This document shows, in pieces, positions 28,412 through 37,284 of a stretch of 64,000 nt of DNA. The notes under the pieces were generated by a model, which worked only from the letters and a program-made list of their open reading frames with translations, was not told the origin of the DNA and did not search any database. Where the stretch lies: assembly GCA_040389905.1 (NCBI GenBank), contig JAZJZK010000007.1:351492-415491 (forward strand), given 5' to 3'. The DNA is from Gemmatimonadota bacterium (GTDB lineage Bacteria; Gemmatimonadota; Gemmatimonadetes; Gemmatimonadales; Gemmatimonadaceae). Position numbers and translations under genes: made by a program. Numbering within the stretch: position 1 is the first letter of the stretch; every line of letters begins with the position of its first letter.

Positions 28412-29646
28412 GCCTCACCACGAAAGTCCTCATCGCGTTGGTGGCCGGCCTCGCGGTCGGTGTTGTCATCGCAACCTCCGGTAGCGCCACGCTCGCAAAC
28501 ATTCCGGGCTATCTCGAACCGGTTGGCACGATCTGGGTGAATGCGCTTCGGATGACGGTCATCCCGCTCGTCGTGTCGGCGATTCTCATCGGAGTGACAT
28601 CCCTGCCCGACCCACGTAGTGTCGGCCGAGTCGGGGGGCGGGCGCTCGCGCTCTCGCTGCTGATGCTGGCGTCTGCGGCGTTCATGTCGGCACTCGTCGC
28701 GCCCGTCGCGCTCTCGATGCTCACCATCGATCCGGCCGCTGCGGAGGCGATGCGCGCCGGCGCGAAGGCCGCGAGTGGTGACGCGGTGCAGAGCGCACAG
28801 AAGATCGCCACGTTCGCGGAATGGCTCGTCGCGTTGATTCCGCCGAACCCAGTCAAGGCGGCGGCAGATGGTGCGATGCTGCCGCTCATCGTGTTTACGC
28901 TGATCTTCGGCCTCGCGGTGACTCGCATCGATGCCGAGGGACGCGACACGCTGATGAAGTTCGTCAACGGCGTGTATGGCGCGTCACTCAACCTGATGCG
29001 CTGGGTGCTCGTTGCCGCCCCCGTCGGCGTGTTCGCGCTTACCGTGCCATTGGCCACTCGGCTCGGTCTCGCCGCGGCGGGGGCTGTGCTCTATTACGTG
29101 GTCGTTGTCGCCGGCATGTGCACGGTGTTCATGGCGCTGATGTACGTCGTCGCGTGGGTTGGCGGCGGAAAGAGCATTCGCGAGTTTGCGCGGGCGTGCG
29201 CGCCGGCGCAGGCGGTCGCAGTCAGCGCCCGCTCGTCACTGGTCGCGCTACCGGCAATGCTCGAGGGCGCCGATGGTGTCTTGGGGTTGTCGCTCCCCAT
29301 TCGCTCGTTCTTTCTCCCGCTTGCGGCGGCGACGTTCAAGGCGGGGAGCGCGATCATGATTCCGATCGGCGTCCTGTTCATGGCCAAGCTGTACGGCGTC
29401 GATGTGAGCGCGCCGCAGCTGGTCACGATCGCGCTGATGACCGTGGTGACGACGTTTGGTGTGCCTGGCGTCCCAGGCGGAACGATCATCGTCATTGTGC
29501 CGGTGCTGCTCGCCGCGGATCTGCCGGTGGCGGCGGTGGGCATTCTCCTCGGCGTGGACACCATTCCGGATATGTTCCGGACGGCGACGCACGTAACGGC
29601 GGATATGGCTGCGGCTACTGTACTCTCGCGGCACGAGCCAAGCTAA
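28408..29646 (+). CDS. Dicarboxylate/amino acid:cation symporter
   Basis: Multi-TM; ARSS..ALP; GVPGG; DMFRTATHVTAD. Confidence 0.9.
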   Translation: MSLTTKVLIALVAGLAVGVVIATSGSATLANIPGYLEPVGTIWVNALRMTVIPLVVSAILIGVTSLPDPRSVGRVGGRALALSLLMLASAAFMSALVAPVALSMLTIDPAAAEAMRAGAKAASGDAVQSAQKIATFAEWLVALIPPNPVKAAADGAMLPLIVFTLIFGLAVTRIDAEGRDTLMKFVNGVYGASLNLMRWVLVAAPVGVFALTVPLATRLGLAAAGAVLYYVVVVAGMCTVFMALMYVVAWVGGGKSIREFARACAPAQAVAVSARSSLVALPAMLEGADGVLGLSLPIRSFFLPLAAATFKAGSAIMIPIGVLFMAKLYGVDVSAPQLVTIALMTVVTTFGVPGVPGGTIIVIVPVLLAADLPVAAVGILLGVDTIPDMFRTATHVTADMAAATVLSRHEPS

Positions 29647-29868
29647 CAGCAACAAACATACGTACGAGGTACCCGGAACCGTGTACCCGGACTGGCATCG
29701 AACCCAAGAGGAGCCATCGACACTTCGTATGGCATCGAGGCTACGCCAAACGCCGTCCGCAGTTGCGAACGGCGTTATTCGTGAGGACACTTTCTGATGG
29801 CTCTTCTTGGCCGGTATGCCAGTCAACGTACCCGGTTCGGAGTACCTCGTACGTCAGTTGTTGCTGTT
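29645..29868. repeat. MITE-like long inverted repeat, copy 1 (GTAC heptad family)
   Basis: AACAGCAACA..ACGTACGAGGTAC...GACTGGCAT..CCAAGAGGAGCCATC is mirrored by GATGGCTCTTCTTGG..ATGCCAGTC...GTACCTCGTACGT..TGTTGCTGTT. Confidence 0.85.
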
Positions 29869-31823
29869 CATTCCGATGCCTTCAGGACGTCGAATACCTT
29901 CGCGCCGACAAACGCATCCAGCAGCTCCTTGTCGAGCATCCCGTCCTTCGCCTCCATGTGCAGGATGTCGATCGCGCGATCCGTTGGCACCGCGCGCTTG
30001 TACGGCCGGTCCGTCGCCGTCAACGCATCGAAGATGTCCGCAATCGTCATCATGCGCGTCTGTACGGGGATCGCGTCCGCTTGCACCGCATTCGGGTAGC
30101 CGCGTCCATTCAACTTTTCGTGATGGCCGTACGCGATCTTCGGAATGTGCTTCAGCTCACGCGTCCACGGAATCTGTTCGAGGAACCGGTACGTGTGCGT
30201 CACGTGTGATTCGATTTCGCGACGCTCCGCGTCGTCGAGGTTGCCTTTCCGAATCATGAGGAACTGCAGCTCGTTGTCCTCGAGGAGCGGACGCTCGCGT
30301 CCCTCGAAGTCGGTAAAGGTGCGCCGGTGGATCTCCTGCAGCGCTTCAAAACTGCCTTCCGGAAGCACCGTTGGTTCGTTCGAGCTCGTGATCGCAGCGA
30401 GGAACTGGAGCAATTCAGCGCGCCGCTGCTGACGGATCGCTTCGAGGCGAACGACCTCGTCCTCGTACGCCGACCTGCCATTCGCGAGAATGAAATCAGC
30501 GCGCGCTCGCTCGAACTCCAGGTCAGTCTGTTGCAGCAGGTAGCCGAAGCGGTTGCGGACGATCTCCATGTCGGGTGCATAGAGTTTTTTCTGCTTCACG
30601 AGTACCTGCTCTCGAACGCCAACCTTCCCGAAGTCATGGAGCAGGCCTGCATACCGGAGCTCGCGTAGCTCGTCGCGCGAGAAGGCCACGTCGCGATACG
30701 AGCCCTCCTTCAGGCGATCGACGACCTCGGCCAACCCAACCGTCAGCGTTGCGACGCGCGCGGAATGACCCGATGTCGCTGGGTCTCGCGATTCGATGGC
30801 CGTTACGGCGGCGGTGACGAATCCCTCGAAGAGGCGCTCGATGTCTTCGTACAACTTCCCGTTCTCGATCGCGACCGCGGCCTGTGATGCGAGTGAGCTC
30901 GTGAGCTCGACCAACCGCTCGTCGAAGGTCAGCACTTCGCGCTCGACGACATCGGACGAGGACAACCGCGTATCGGCGGTTCGTTTGCGGTTGATCAGCT
31001 GCAGCACGCCCACCACTTCGTCCCGATGCGATTTCATCGGATGGACGAGCATCGATTTCGTGCGGTAGCCAACCTTGTCGTCGAAGCTCCGGTTCTGCTT
31101 GAAGGAGCTCTCCTCCGGCAGGAGATAGACGTCACCGATGACCAGCGGCTCGCCAGTCGCGGCAGCGTAGCCGGCGAGACTGGCGTGGTTGATCGGCACC
31201 GTGAACGTGTGGAAGGGCAGGCCCGGCAACGAGTGATTCTGTGCGATCGCGCAGCGCAGGCGAAATGGGGCGCCGTTCTCGTCCTTCTCGACGAGGTACA
31301 ACGAACCGGCATCGCTATTCGTGAGCCGTCGTGCCTGTGTGAGGATGAGCTCCAGCAGCGTGTGCAGATCGCGCTCGGTGGAGAGCGCCACACCAATGGC
31401 CGTCAGTTCGGTGAGCTCACGGACACGCTCGGCCGCGAGGTCACGCGCGCGACGCTCCGCCACCAGTGCACGCGCGTGCTTGAATGCGCCACGGAGCGAT
31501 GGGATGACCACACCGACCGCCGCGTCGCCCGGAAGCCACGCGGTAATCGCTTCGACGGGAAAGCCGGGTGGCGGTTCCTTCTGCCCAACTTCACCGATGC
31601 CAACGATCGCGCAGATCAGCGCCAACTCCTGGACGCGCGTCGGGTCGTCGCCGACGCTCACGAGCAGCGCATGATCCAGGACGATGACCGTCGGCCGGTC
31701 CAGATCCATGGCGCGCGCAGTCGGGAGTGCGAGGATGTGGCGCACCTCCACATCGTCTCCGCGCCGCCCCAGGGGCGTCGTGGAGATCGTTCGACCAACC
31801 GCGGTGAGGAGGAGAGGTTTCAT
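29868..31823 (-). CDS. GAF domain plus HD-GYP phosphodiesterase
   Basis: GAF (YRTKSML..P..VVGVLQLINR); GHSARV, LHDFGKVG, HHEKLNGRGYP, IADIFDAL...RPYK. Confidence 0.93.
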   Translation of the reverse strand: MKPLLLTAVGRTISTTPLGRRGDDVEVRHILALPTARAMDLDRPTVIVLDHALLVSVGDDPTRVQELALICAIVGIGEVGQKEPPPGFPVEAITAWLPGDAAVGVVIPSLRGAFKHARALVAERRARDLAAERVRELTELTAIGVALSTERDLHTLLELILTQARRLTNSDAGSLYLVEKDENGAPFRLRCAIAQNHSLPGLPFHTFTVPINHASLAGYAAATGEPLVIGDVYLLPEESSFKQNRSFDDKVGYRTKSMLVHPMKSHRDEVVGVLQLINRKRTADTRLSSSDVVEREVLTFDERLVELTSSLASQAAVAIENGKLYEDIERLFEGFVTAAVTAIESRDPATSGHSARVATLTVGLAEVVDRLKEGSYRDVAFSRDELRELRYAGLLHDFGKVGVREQVLVKQKKLYAPDMEIVRNRFGYLLQQTDLEFERARADFILANGRSAYEDEVVRLEAIRQQRRAELLQFLAAITSSNEPTVLPEGSFEALQEIHRRTFTDFEGRERPLLEDNELQFLMIRKGNLDDAERREIESHVTHTYRFLEQIPWTRELKHIPKIAYGHHEKLNGRGYPNAVQADAIPVQTRMMTIADIFDALTATDRPYKRAVPTDRAIDILHMEAKDGMLDKELLDAFVGAKVFDVLKASE

Positions 31824-31833
31824 GTCACCAAAG

Positions 31834-31878
31834 AAAAAACCCGCCGATGTCCGTAAGATGGACACCGGCGGGTTTTTT
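31834..31878. terminator. Intrinsic terminator, potentially bidirectional
   Basis: AAAAAA-CCCGCCG.TGTCC-loop-GGACA.CGGCGGG-TTTTTT just downstream of the 31892-32680 gene. Confidence 0.85.
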
Positions 31879-31891
31879 CGTCAGTAGAGAA

Positions 31892-32680
31892 TCAGGTACC
31901 CTTTTTCAGGCTCGCCACTTCGGTCGCGGCCGGCGTGTACCCCGGGAACTCCTTGAGCACGGCGCCGAACAGTTCGAGCGCGTCGCTCTTCTTGCCCTTG
32001 TCCTTCAGGTCGAGCGCCTTCCCGTACATCACCACGGCGCGCATCGGCACCTTCTGGGTCGATGGAGCGCCCGCCTGCTGCGTACCGGTGTTGCTTGCCG
32101 GGGCGCCACTGGCGCCAGTGGACGGCGCCGCGGCGGGGCTTGCGTCGCCGGTACGCCGCACCATCGCGGGGAGCTTCATGCCGGTGTTGAGCTTGGTGGC
32201 CAAGTTGCCGACGCTCGACATGATGTTGTCCGCCTTATCGTCCACGCGATCCACGTGCTCGATCGCGCCCGTCTCGACGTTCACGGCCTTTGCGTCGATG
32301 CGGAAGTTGCCCTTTGGATCGACCATGAAGGTGCCCCAGATCATGTGCTGCGCGCCGAGCAGCTTGCCGACCTTGATGGCCGTTTCCTTGTCGACCTGGC
32401 CGCCCGTCACGAGCTTCTGCTCGTCGACCAGGCGCTGGACTTCGTCGCGCTCGATGACGCGAATACTCGAGTTCGTGGCCATGTCGGTAATGAGCATGGC
32501 GGGAACGCCCTTGCTGAGACCGTCATAGTCCTTGGCGCCCGAGAACCCGTACGAGGCATTGTCGAACGCCATGATGGCGACCGTCGGCTTGGTGCTGGCC
32601 TGCGCACCAGCTATGACGATGGGCGCAGCGAGGCCAGCGAACGCGGCGGCAAGCGAAACAAAACGAGCAGTGCGGGTCAT
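31892..32680 (-). CDS. Exported CsgG/HfaB-like (TolB N-terminal-like) protein
   Basis: Signal peptide; TVAIMAFDN; RVIERDEVQRLVDEQKL; AIKVGKLLGA; NVETG. Confidence 0.8.
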   Translation of the reverse strand: MTRTARFVSLAAAFAGLAAPIVIAGAQASTKPTVAIMAFDNASYGFSGAKDYDGLSKGVPAMLITDMATNSSIRVIERDEVQRLVDEQKLVTGGQVDKETAIKVGKLLGAQHMIWGTFMVDPKGNFRIDAKAVNVETGAIEHVDRVDDKADNIMSSVGNLATKLNTGMKLPAMVRRTGDASPAAAPSTGASGAPASNTGTQQAGAPSTQKVPMRAVVMYGKALDLKDKGKKSDALELFGAVLKEFPGYTPAATEVASLKKGT

Positions 32681-32747
32681 GGTCTCCTCCGAGACTCGAA
32701 CGGAATGACAACTTTTTCGTATCGGCGCATCCGCGCCGTATGGACTG

Positions 32748-33617
32748 CTAGATCACCAAGCTCAACCCTTCAGCTGCAGCAACCACCTGGAGCCGCGCTC
32801 CCTTCGCTGCCACCAGTGCTCGGCAACTCGCCGTACACCGGTCTACCTCCTCATCCGTGCGCTCAGGACGGTGGTGAAAGAGCACCAGCTTCTCCACTCC
32901 CGCTTCGATCGCAATCTCGACTGCGTCGTCGTATGTCGAATGACCCCACCCTACAAATGCGTCGTATTCCTGGGTCGTGAACATCGTGTCGTGCACCAGC
33001 ACCGATGCCCCACGTGCGAAATCCACGAACCTGTCGCGCCAACCGGGCTGATCCTCGTACTTCGCCCGCTCACTGACTTCATTGTCCGAGACGTACACCA
33101 AACCGCCTGTCCCGTTTCCATCCGTGAATCGGTACCCCAGCGCGCCACCGGGGTGCCGTACCGCCATTGCTGCAACTTCGTAGCCGTTGCCGGCGCGCTG
33201 CTCTTCGGCCAGTTCCTGAAAGTCGATTCGGGCCTGCAATTCCTCGAATGTCACCGGAAAAACGACAGGCGACATCTGGTCCTTGATCACCCGGTCGATG
33301 CTCGTCTGGAGCGATTTCGAGCCCCAGATCGTGAAGTGATTCCCCTTGCGAAACAGCGGTGCGAAGAACGGAATGCCCTGAATGTGGTCCCAGTGTGCGT
33401 GCGTGAGGAAAATGTCACCGGCGATAGCCTCTCCGTTCGCACGATCCAGTAGTGACCGGCCCAGCTCACGAATTCCCGTACCCGCGTCAAGAATGACGAG
33501 CCACCCGTCCTCGGTACGAAGTTCCAGACAGGGCGTGTTCCCCCCATACCGTACCGTCGATGGCCCCGGACTCGGAATCGAACCCCGCGTCCCCCAGAAT
33601 CGCAGCGTGAGCGCCAT
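32748..33617 (-). CDS. MBL-fold metallo-hydrolase
   Basis: FWGTRGSIP, DAGTG, THAHWDH, WGHS, LFHH. Confidence 0.92.
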   Translation of the reverse strand: MALTLRFWGTRGSIPSPGPSTVRYGGNTPCLELRTEDGWLVILDAGTGIRELGRSLLDRANGEAIAGDIFLTHAHWDHIQGIPFFAPLFRKGNHFTIWGSKSLQTSIDRVIKDQMSPVVFPVTFEELQARIDFQELAEEQRAGNGYEVAAMAVRHPGGALGYRFTDGNGTGGLVYVSDNEVSERAKYEDQPGWRDRFVDFARGASVLVHDTMFTTQEYDAFVGWGHSTYDDAVEIAIEAGVEKLVLFHHRPERTDEEVDRCTASCRALVAAKGARLQVVAAAEGLSLVI

Positions 33618-33707
33618 CAGTCCGACGTCTCGTCGTACGCGGGATAGTATGCATTCGCCGGTGTCGCCGGCGCGAGGGAGCGGGTCACGGGCGACGGGTG
33701 ATCTTGG

Positions 33708-34454
33708 TCACACGCGCACCTGCGAGCGCTTTTCGAGCGCTTCGCGGTTGGCGATGGCAATGCGTCGGCGCTCCACACGGATGAACCCGTTCTCCTGAAA
33801 GTCCTTCATCGAGCGCGACACGGTTTCCCGGCTCGCGCCGATCATCTGGGCAATGGTCTGGTGCGTCAACAGCTTGTCGATCGTTGGTCCGCCACTTTCC
33901 TGCGCGAGGTCGAGCAGCAGCCGCGCAATCCGTCCCGGCACATCGAGCAGCACGAGCCCACCTATTTTCTCGTCGGCGCGCCGCAAGCGATGTGATAGTT
34001 CGCACAAGAGCGCCCACGCGACTGTCGGATTCGCGTCCACTCTCCGCCGGAAATCCTCGCGGCGCAGGATGAGGAGCTGTGCATCTTCCATCGCGATGAC
34101 GTGCGCCGACCTCGGCTGGTCGTCGATGAGCGCGAGCTCACCGAAGTGGGAGCCCGGTTCGAGGACGCCAAGGATCACCTCGCGGCCGTCCTCCCCGATG
34201 AGCACCACTTTGACTCTTCCGGTGCGCAAGATGTAGAGCGAGTCGCCGGGGTCGTCCTGGAAGAGGATGACGCTGCCCTTGGGATACGAACGCTCACGGA
34301 CGAGCTCACCGAACTTCGCGAGCTCATCACGTTCGAGTCCGCGAAAGAGCGGAACCGTAGCGAGAAAATCGGCGGTGGCTTTGATCACTCGGCGGGGAGG
34401 AAGGGCAGGGAAAGGAAGTGGGGCAAACGTATTGATCGCGGTTGGGGCTGTCAA
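33708..34454 (-). CDS. Crp/Fnr family transcriptional regulator (start uncertain)
   Basis: cNMP pocket FGELAL...RSA; HTH IGASRETVSR. Confidence 0.95.
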   Translation of the reverse strand: MTAPTAINTFAPLPFPALPPRRVIKATADFLATVPLFRGLERDELAKFGELVRERSYPKGSVILFQDDPGDSLYILRTGRVKVVLIGEDGREVILGVLEPGSHFGELALIDDQPRSAHVIAMEDAQLLILRREDFRRRVDANPTVAWALLCELSHRLRRADEKIGGLVLLDVPGRIARLLLDLAQESGGPTIDKLLTHQTIAQMIGASRETVSRSMKDFQENGFIRVERRRIAIANREALEKRSQVRV

Positions 34455-34514
34455 ACACTACTAGGGGGAAGTGATTGGGAGCGTGTCAGTTGGGCGGGCT
34501 GACAACTCGCGATG

Positions 34515-34835
34515 GGGGCGCGGGCTCAGGCCCGGGCCAACCGCCGGCTTGGGCGCGGGCTTGGGCCAGGGCTGGGGCCGGGGCTTGCCTGCAGGCGCGG
34601 GCTCGAGCCCGGGGCGGAGCTTGGGCGCCGCCCGCTGACAGCTGAAGTCTGAGCCCCCGCCCTCAGCCAGTAGTCAGCCCACGGCCGCAAGCCCCTGCCC
34701 GAGCCCGGGCCTGCAGGCAAGCCCAAGCGCGAGCCGTAGCCCCAGCCCGCGGCCGAGCCCACGGTTGGCCTCGGGCTCGAGCCCGCTCCCCCATGCCTAG
34801 TTACCAGCCGGCCTCATGCCCGAGCCCGGGCCCGC
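34515..34835. repeat. Inverted array of degenerate hexamers (GGGCTN)n ... (NAGCCC)n
   Basis: GGGCTTGGGCGCGGGCTTGGGCC...GGGCTTGCCTGCAGGC mirrored by GCCTGCAGGCAAGCCCAAGC...GAGCCC. Confidence 0.75.
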
Positions 34836-34962
34836 GGAACCTTCGCCGTGGCGTGCGCATTGGTCGCCGTAGGCAGCGTCGGCACGGTTGTCTTTTAGTC
34901 TGTGCGATGTCTATATTTGTAAGCTGTTTCCGATTCTGTACTTATTGCCAGGCAGGACTCAA

Positions 34963-35184
34963 ATGAAGACCGATATCCATCCCGAGTACGCAACCGCCAC
35001 CGTGAAGTGCGCCTGTGGCAGCACGTTCGAGACGCGCTCCACCATCGCCGAAATTCATACGGACGTCTGTGCGGAGTGCCACCCGTTCTATACCGGCAAG
35101 CAGCGCCTGCTCGATACAGCTGGCCGCGTCGAGCGGTTCCGCCAGAAGTACCTGAAGCCCGAAGCTGCCACCAAGGCGAGCTGA
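34963..35184 (+). CDS. rpmE: 50S ribosomal protein L31 (Zn-binding type)
   Basis: [28 protein letters not shown]. Confidence 0.97.
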   Translation: MKTDIHPEYATATVKCACGSTFETRSTIAEIHTDVCAECHPFYTGKQRLLDTAGRVERFRQKYLKPEAATKAS

Positions 35185-35187
35185 CCT

Positions 35188-36252
35188 CTGAGCCTCCGCG
35201 ACCTGCTGGGCGATCAACTCGCCCGGGCGGCGGAGGTCGAACGGCTGCTCTCCAACCCGGACACCTTCAGCGACAGCACCAAGGTCGCCGATCTGGGCCG
35301 AGAGCACCGTCGCCTCCAGCCTGTCGTCGAGCTGGCGGCTCAGCTCGAACGTCAAGAGAACGAGCTCGCTGAAGCCCGCGAGCTCGTTTCTATTGACGAC
35401 CCGGAAATGGCAGCCGAAGCAACCCACGAGGTCGCTCGGCTCAACGCGGCTATCACGGAGCTCGAGGCGCGCCTCAAGCCCGCGCTACTTCCGCACGATC
35501 CACTCGACGATCGCAACGCCATCATCGAGATTCGCGCGGGGACCGGCGGCGACGAGGCGGCCCTCTTCGCGGCCGACCTCTTCCGCATGTACACGCGCTT
35601 CATCGAGCGCCAAGGGTGGAAGCGTGAGACCATCTCGCACTCCGAAGGTACACTCGGCGGGGTGAAGGAAGCGATCTTCAAGGTGTCGGGCGCCGGTGCC
35701 TTCGGAGCCATGCGCTGGGAGAGCGGCGTGCATCGCGTGCAGCGCGTGCCTGCAACCGAAACGCAGGGTCGTATTCACACGTCGGCCGCAACGGTCGCGA
35801 CGCTCCCGGAGGCCGAGGAAGTCGACGTCAAGATCGAGGACAAGGATCTGCGCATCGACGTCTTCCGTTCGAGTGGGCCAGGTGGGCAGAGCGTGAATAC
35901 CACGGACTCCGCGGTCCGCATCACGCACATTCCCTCGGGGCTCGTCGTGTCGCAGCAGGACCAGAAGTCGCAACTCCAGAACAAGCTCAAGGGCATGGAA
36001 GTTCTGCGCGCTCGTCTCCTGGACCTGCGAGTTGCGGAAGCAGAGGCCGCGCGGTCGAAGATGCGAAAGTCGCAGGTCGGGACAGGCGATCGGTCCGCGA
36101 AGATCCGCACGTACAATTATCCGCAGAGTCGGATCACCGACCATCGGATCGGGTTTACGACGCACGATCTTGCCGCGGTGATGGATGGTCACATCGAGCC
36201 GATCATCGAAGCCCTCAAGCTGGCGGACGTCGAGGAACAGCTAGGTGACTAG
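35188..36252 (+). CDS. prfA: Peptide chain release factor 1 (probable CTG start at 35188)
   Basis: GTGGDEA, RVPAT (PxT, RF1-specific), GGQ; frame is open from the rpmE stop and encodes an RF1-like N-domain upstream of the first ATG (35407). Confidence 0.93.
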   Translation: MSLRDLLGDQLARAAEVERLLSNPDTFSDSTKVADLGREHRRLQPVVELAAQLERQENELAEARELVSIDDPEMAAEATHEVARLNAAITELEARLKPALLPHDPLDDRNAIIEIRAGTGGDEAALFAADLFRMYTRFIERQGWKRETISHSEGTLGGVKEAIFKVSGAGAFGAMRWESGVHRVQRVPATETQGRIHTSAATVATLPEAEEVDVKIEDKDLRIDVFRSSGPGGQSVNTTDSAVRITHIPSGLVVSQQDQKSQLQNKLKGMEVLRARLLDLRVAEAEAARSKMRKSQVGTGDRSAKIRTYNYPQSRITDHRIGFTTHDLAAVMDGHIEPIIEALKLADVEEQLGD

Positions 36253-37282
36253 GGCGGCGAAGAGCGGGAAGGTGCAGGCCCTTCGCTTCGCTCAGGGCGA
36301 CAAAACGAGCGGAACGGCGGAAGAGCAGGTGCAGACCCCTCGACTCGCTGCGCTCGCTCGGGGTGTCATTGGCAGCGCTGTCACCCCGAGCGCAGTCGAG
36401 GGGTCTGCACCTCACGCACCTCACGCACGTGAACGCGAAGCCATCACCGTCGGCGCGCTGGTGACGCGCTTGGCGCAAATCATCGGGTCGACGGAACAGG
36501 CGCGCGACCTCCTCAGCCTCTTGCACAGCCAGCCGCGCCACTGGATCACGCTCTCGCGCGAGAGCGTTCTCTCCGAAAAGGACGTGGCCTCCGCGCTGAA
36601 TGCCGCCGAGCGACTCGCCGCAGGCGCACCAATCCAGTACGCTGCCGGTCGTGCTGCGTTTCGTCACCTGGTGCTGGCAGTCGACGAACGCGTGCTCATC
36701 CCGCGGCCCGAAACGGAACTGCTCGTTGACCTCGTGCTCGACGCAGTCCGCGACCGACCGGGGGGAATTGCCGTTGATGTCGGCACGGGGTCCGGCGCCA
36801 TCGCCGTGGCGCTTGCCACCGAAGGCAGATTCGAGCGCGTGATTGGCACCGACATTTCTCGCGATGCGCTCGCCGTCGCACGCACAAACGTGTTCCAGGG
36901 CGCGGGCGCGAACGTCGCCCCGGTTGAGCTGCGACACGGCGCTTTGCTCGAACCGGTACTCGAGCGTGGACTCAGCGCGATCGTGTCGAACCCACCTTAC
37001 ATTTCCCATGCGGAAGCGGGGGGGTTGCCCTCCTCCGTGCGCGACTGGGAGCCAGCCGTCGCACTCTTTTCCGAGGACAACGGGCTGGCGACGACTTTGC
37101 AATTGGTTCGTGCCGCGGCCGTCGCGCTGGCACCGAACGGCGTGCTCGCGCTGGAAGGTGACATGCGTCGAATGACGGCCGTCGCGGACGCCGCAGCGTC
37201 CAGTGGCTTTGCCGATGTCCGTGTACTGAAGGATCTCACAGGCCGCGATCGCTTCGTGGTCGCCAGACGACGGGAGGAGTAG
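36245..37282 (+). CDS. prmC: Release factor glutamine methyltransferase with repeat-derived N-terminal extension
   Basis: VLIPRPETE, DVGTGSG, NPPY, DLTGRDR; follows prfA. Confidence 0.93.
   Translation: MTRAAKSGKVQALRFAQGDKTSGTAEEQVQTPRLAALARGVIGSAVTPSAVEGSAPHAPHAREREAITVGALVTRLAQIIGSTEQARDLLSLLHSQPRHWITLSRESVLSEKDVASALNAAERLAAGAPIQYAAGRAAFRHLVLAVDERVLIPRPETELLVDLVLDAVRDRPGGIAVDVGTGSGAIAVALATEGRFERVIGTDISRDALAVARTNVFQGAGANVAPVELRHGALLEPVLERGLSAIVSNPPYISHAEAGGLPSSVRDWEPAVALFSEDNGLATTLQLVRAAAVALAPNGVLALEGDMRRMTAVADAAASSGFADVRVLKDLTGRDRFVVARRREE
36271..36410. repeat. Three REP-like units within the prmC 5' region
   Basis: GGTGCAGGCCCTTCGCTTCGCTCAGGGCGACA; GTGCAGACCCCTCGACTCGCTGCGCTCGCTCGGGGTGTCA; TGTCACCCCGAGCGCAGTCGAGGGGTCTGCAC. 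Confidence 0.92.
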
Positions 37283-37284
37283 GA

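Noticed and set aside
34526..34762. 78-aa Gly/Pro/Ser-rich ORF
   Set aside because: Its composition is explained by the hexamer repeat; no SD or family motif.
35182..35184. Selenocysteine recoding of the rpmE UGA
   Set aside because: L31 is complete at this point and I could not identify a convincing SECIS hairpin downstream.
4225..36410. REP-like units as a possible CRISPR array or integron attC array
   Set aside because: They are dispersed and inverted rather than regularly spaced direct repeats; no cas or integrase gene and no consistent GTTRRRY cores were seen.
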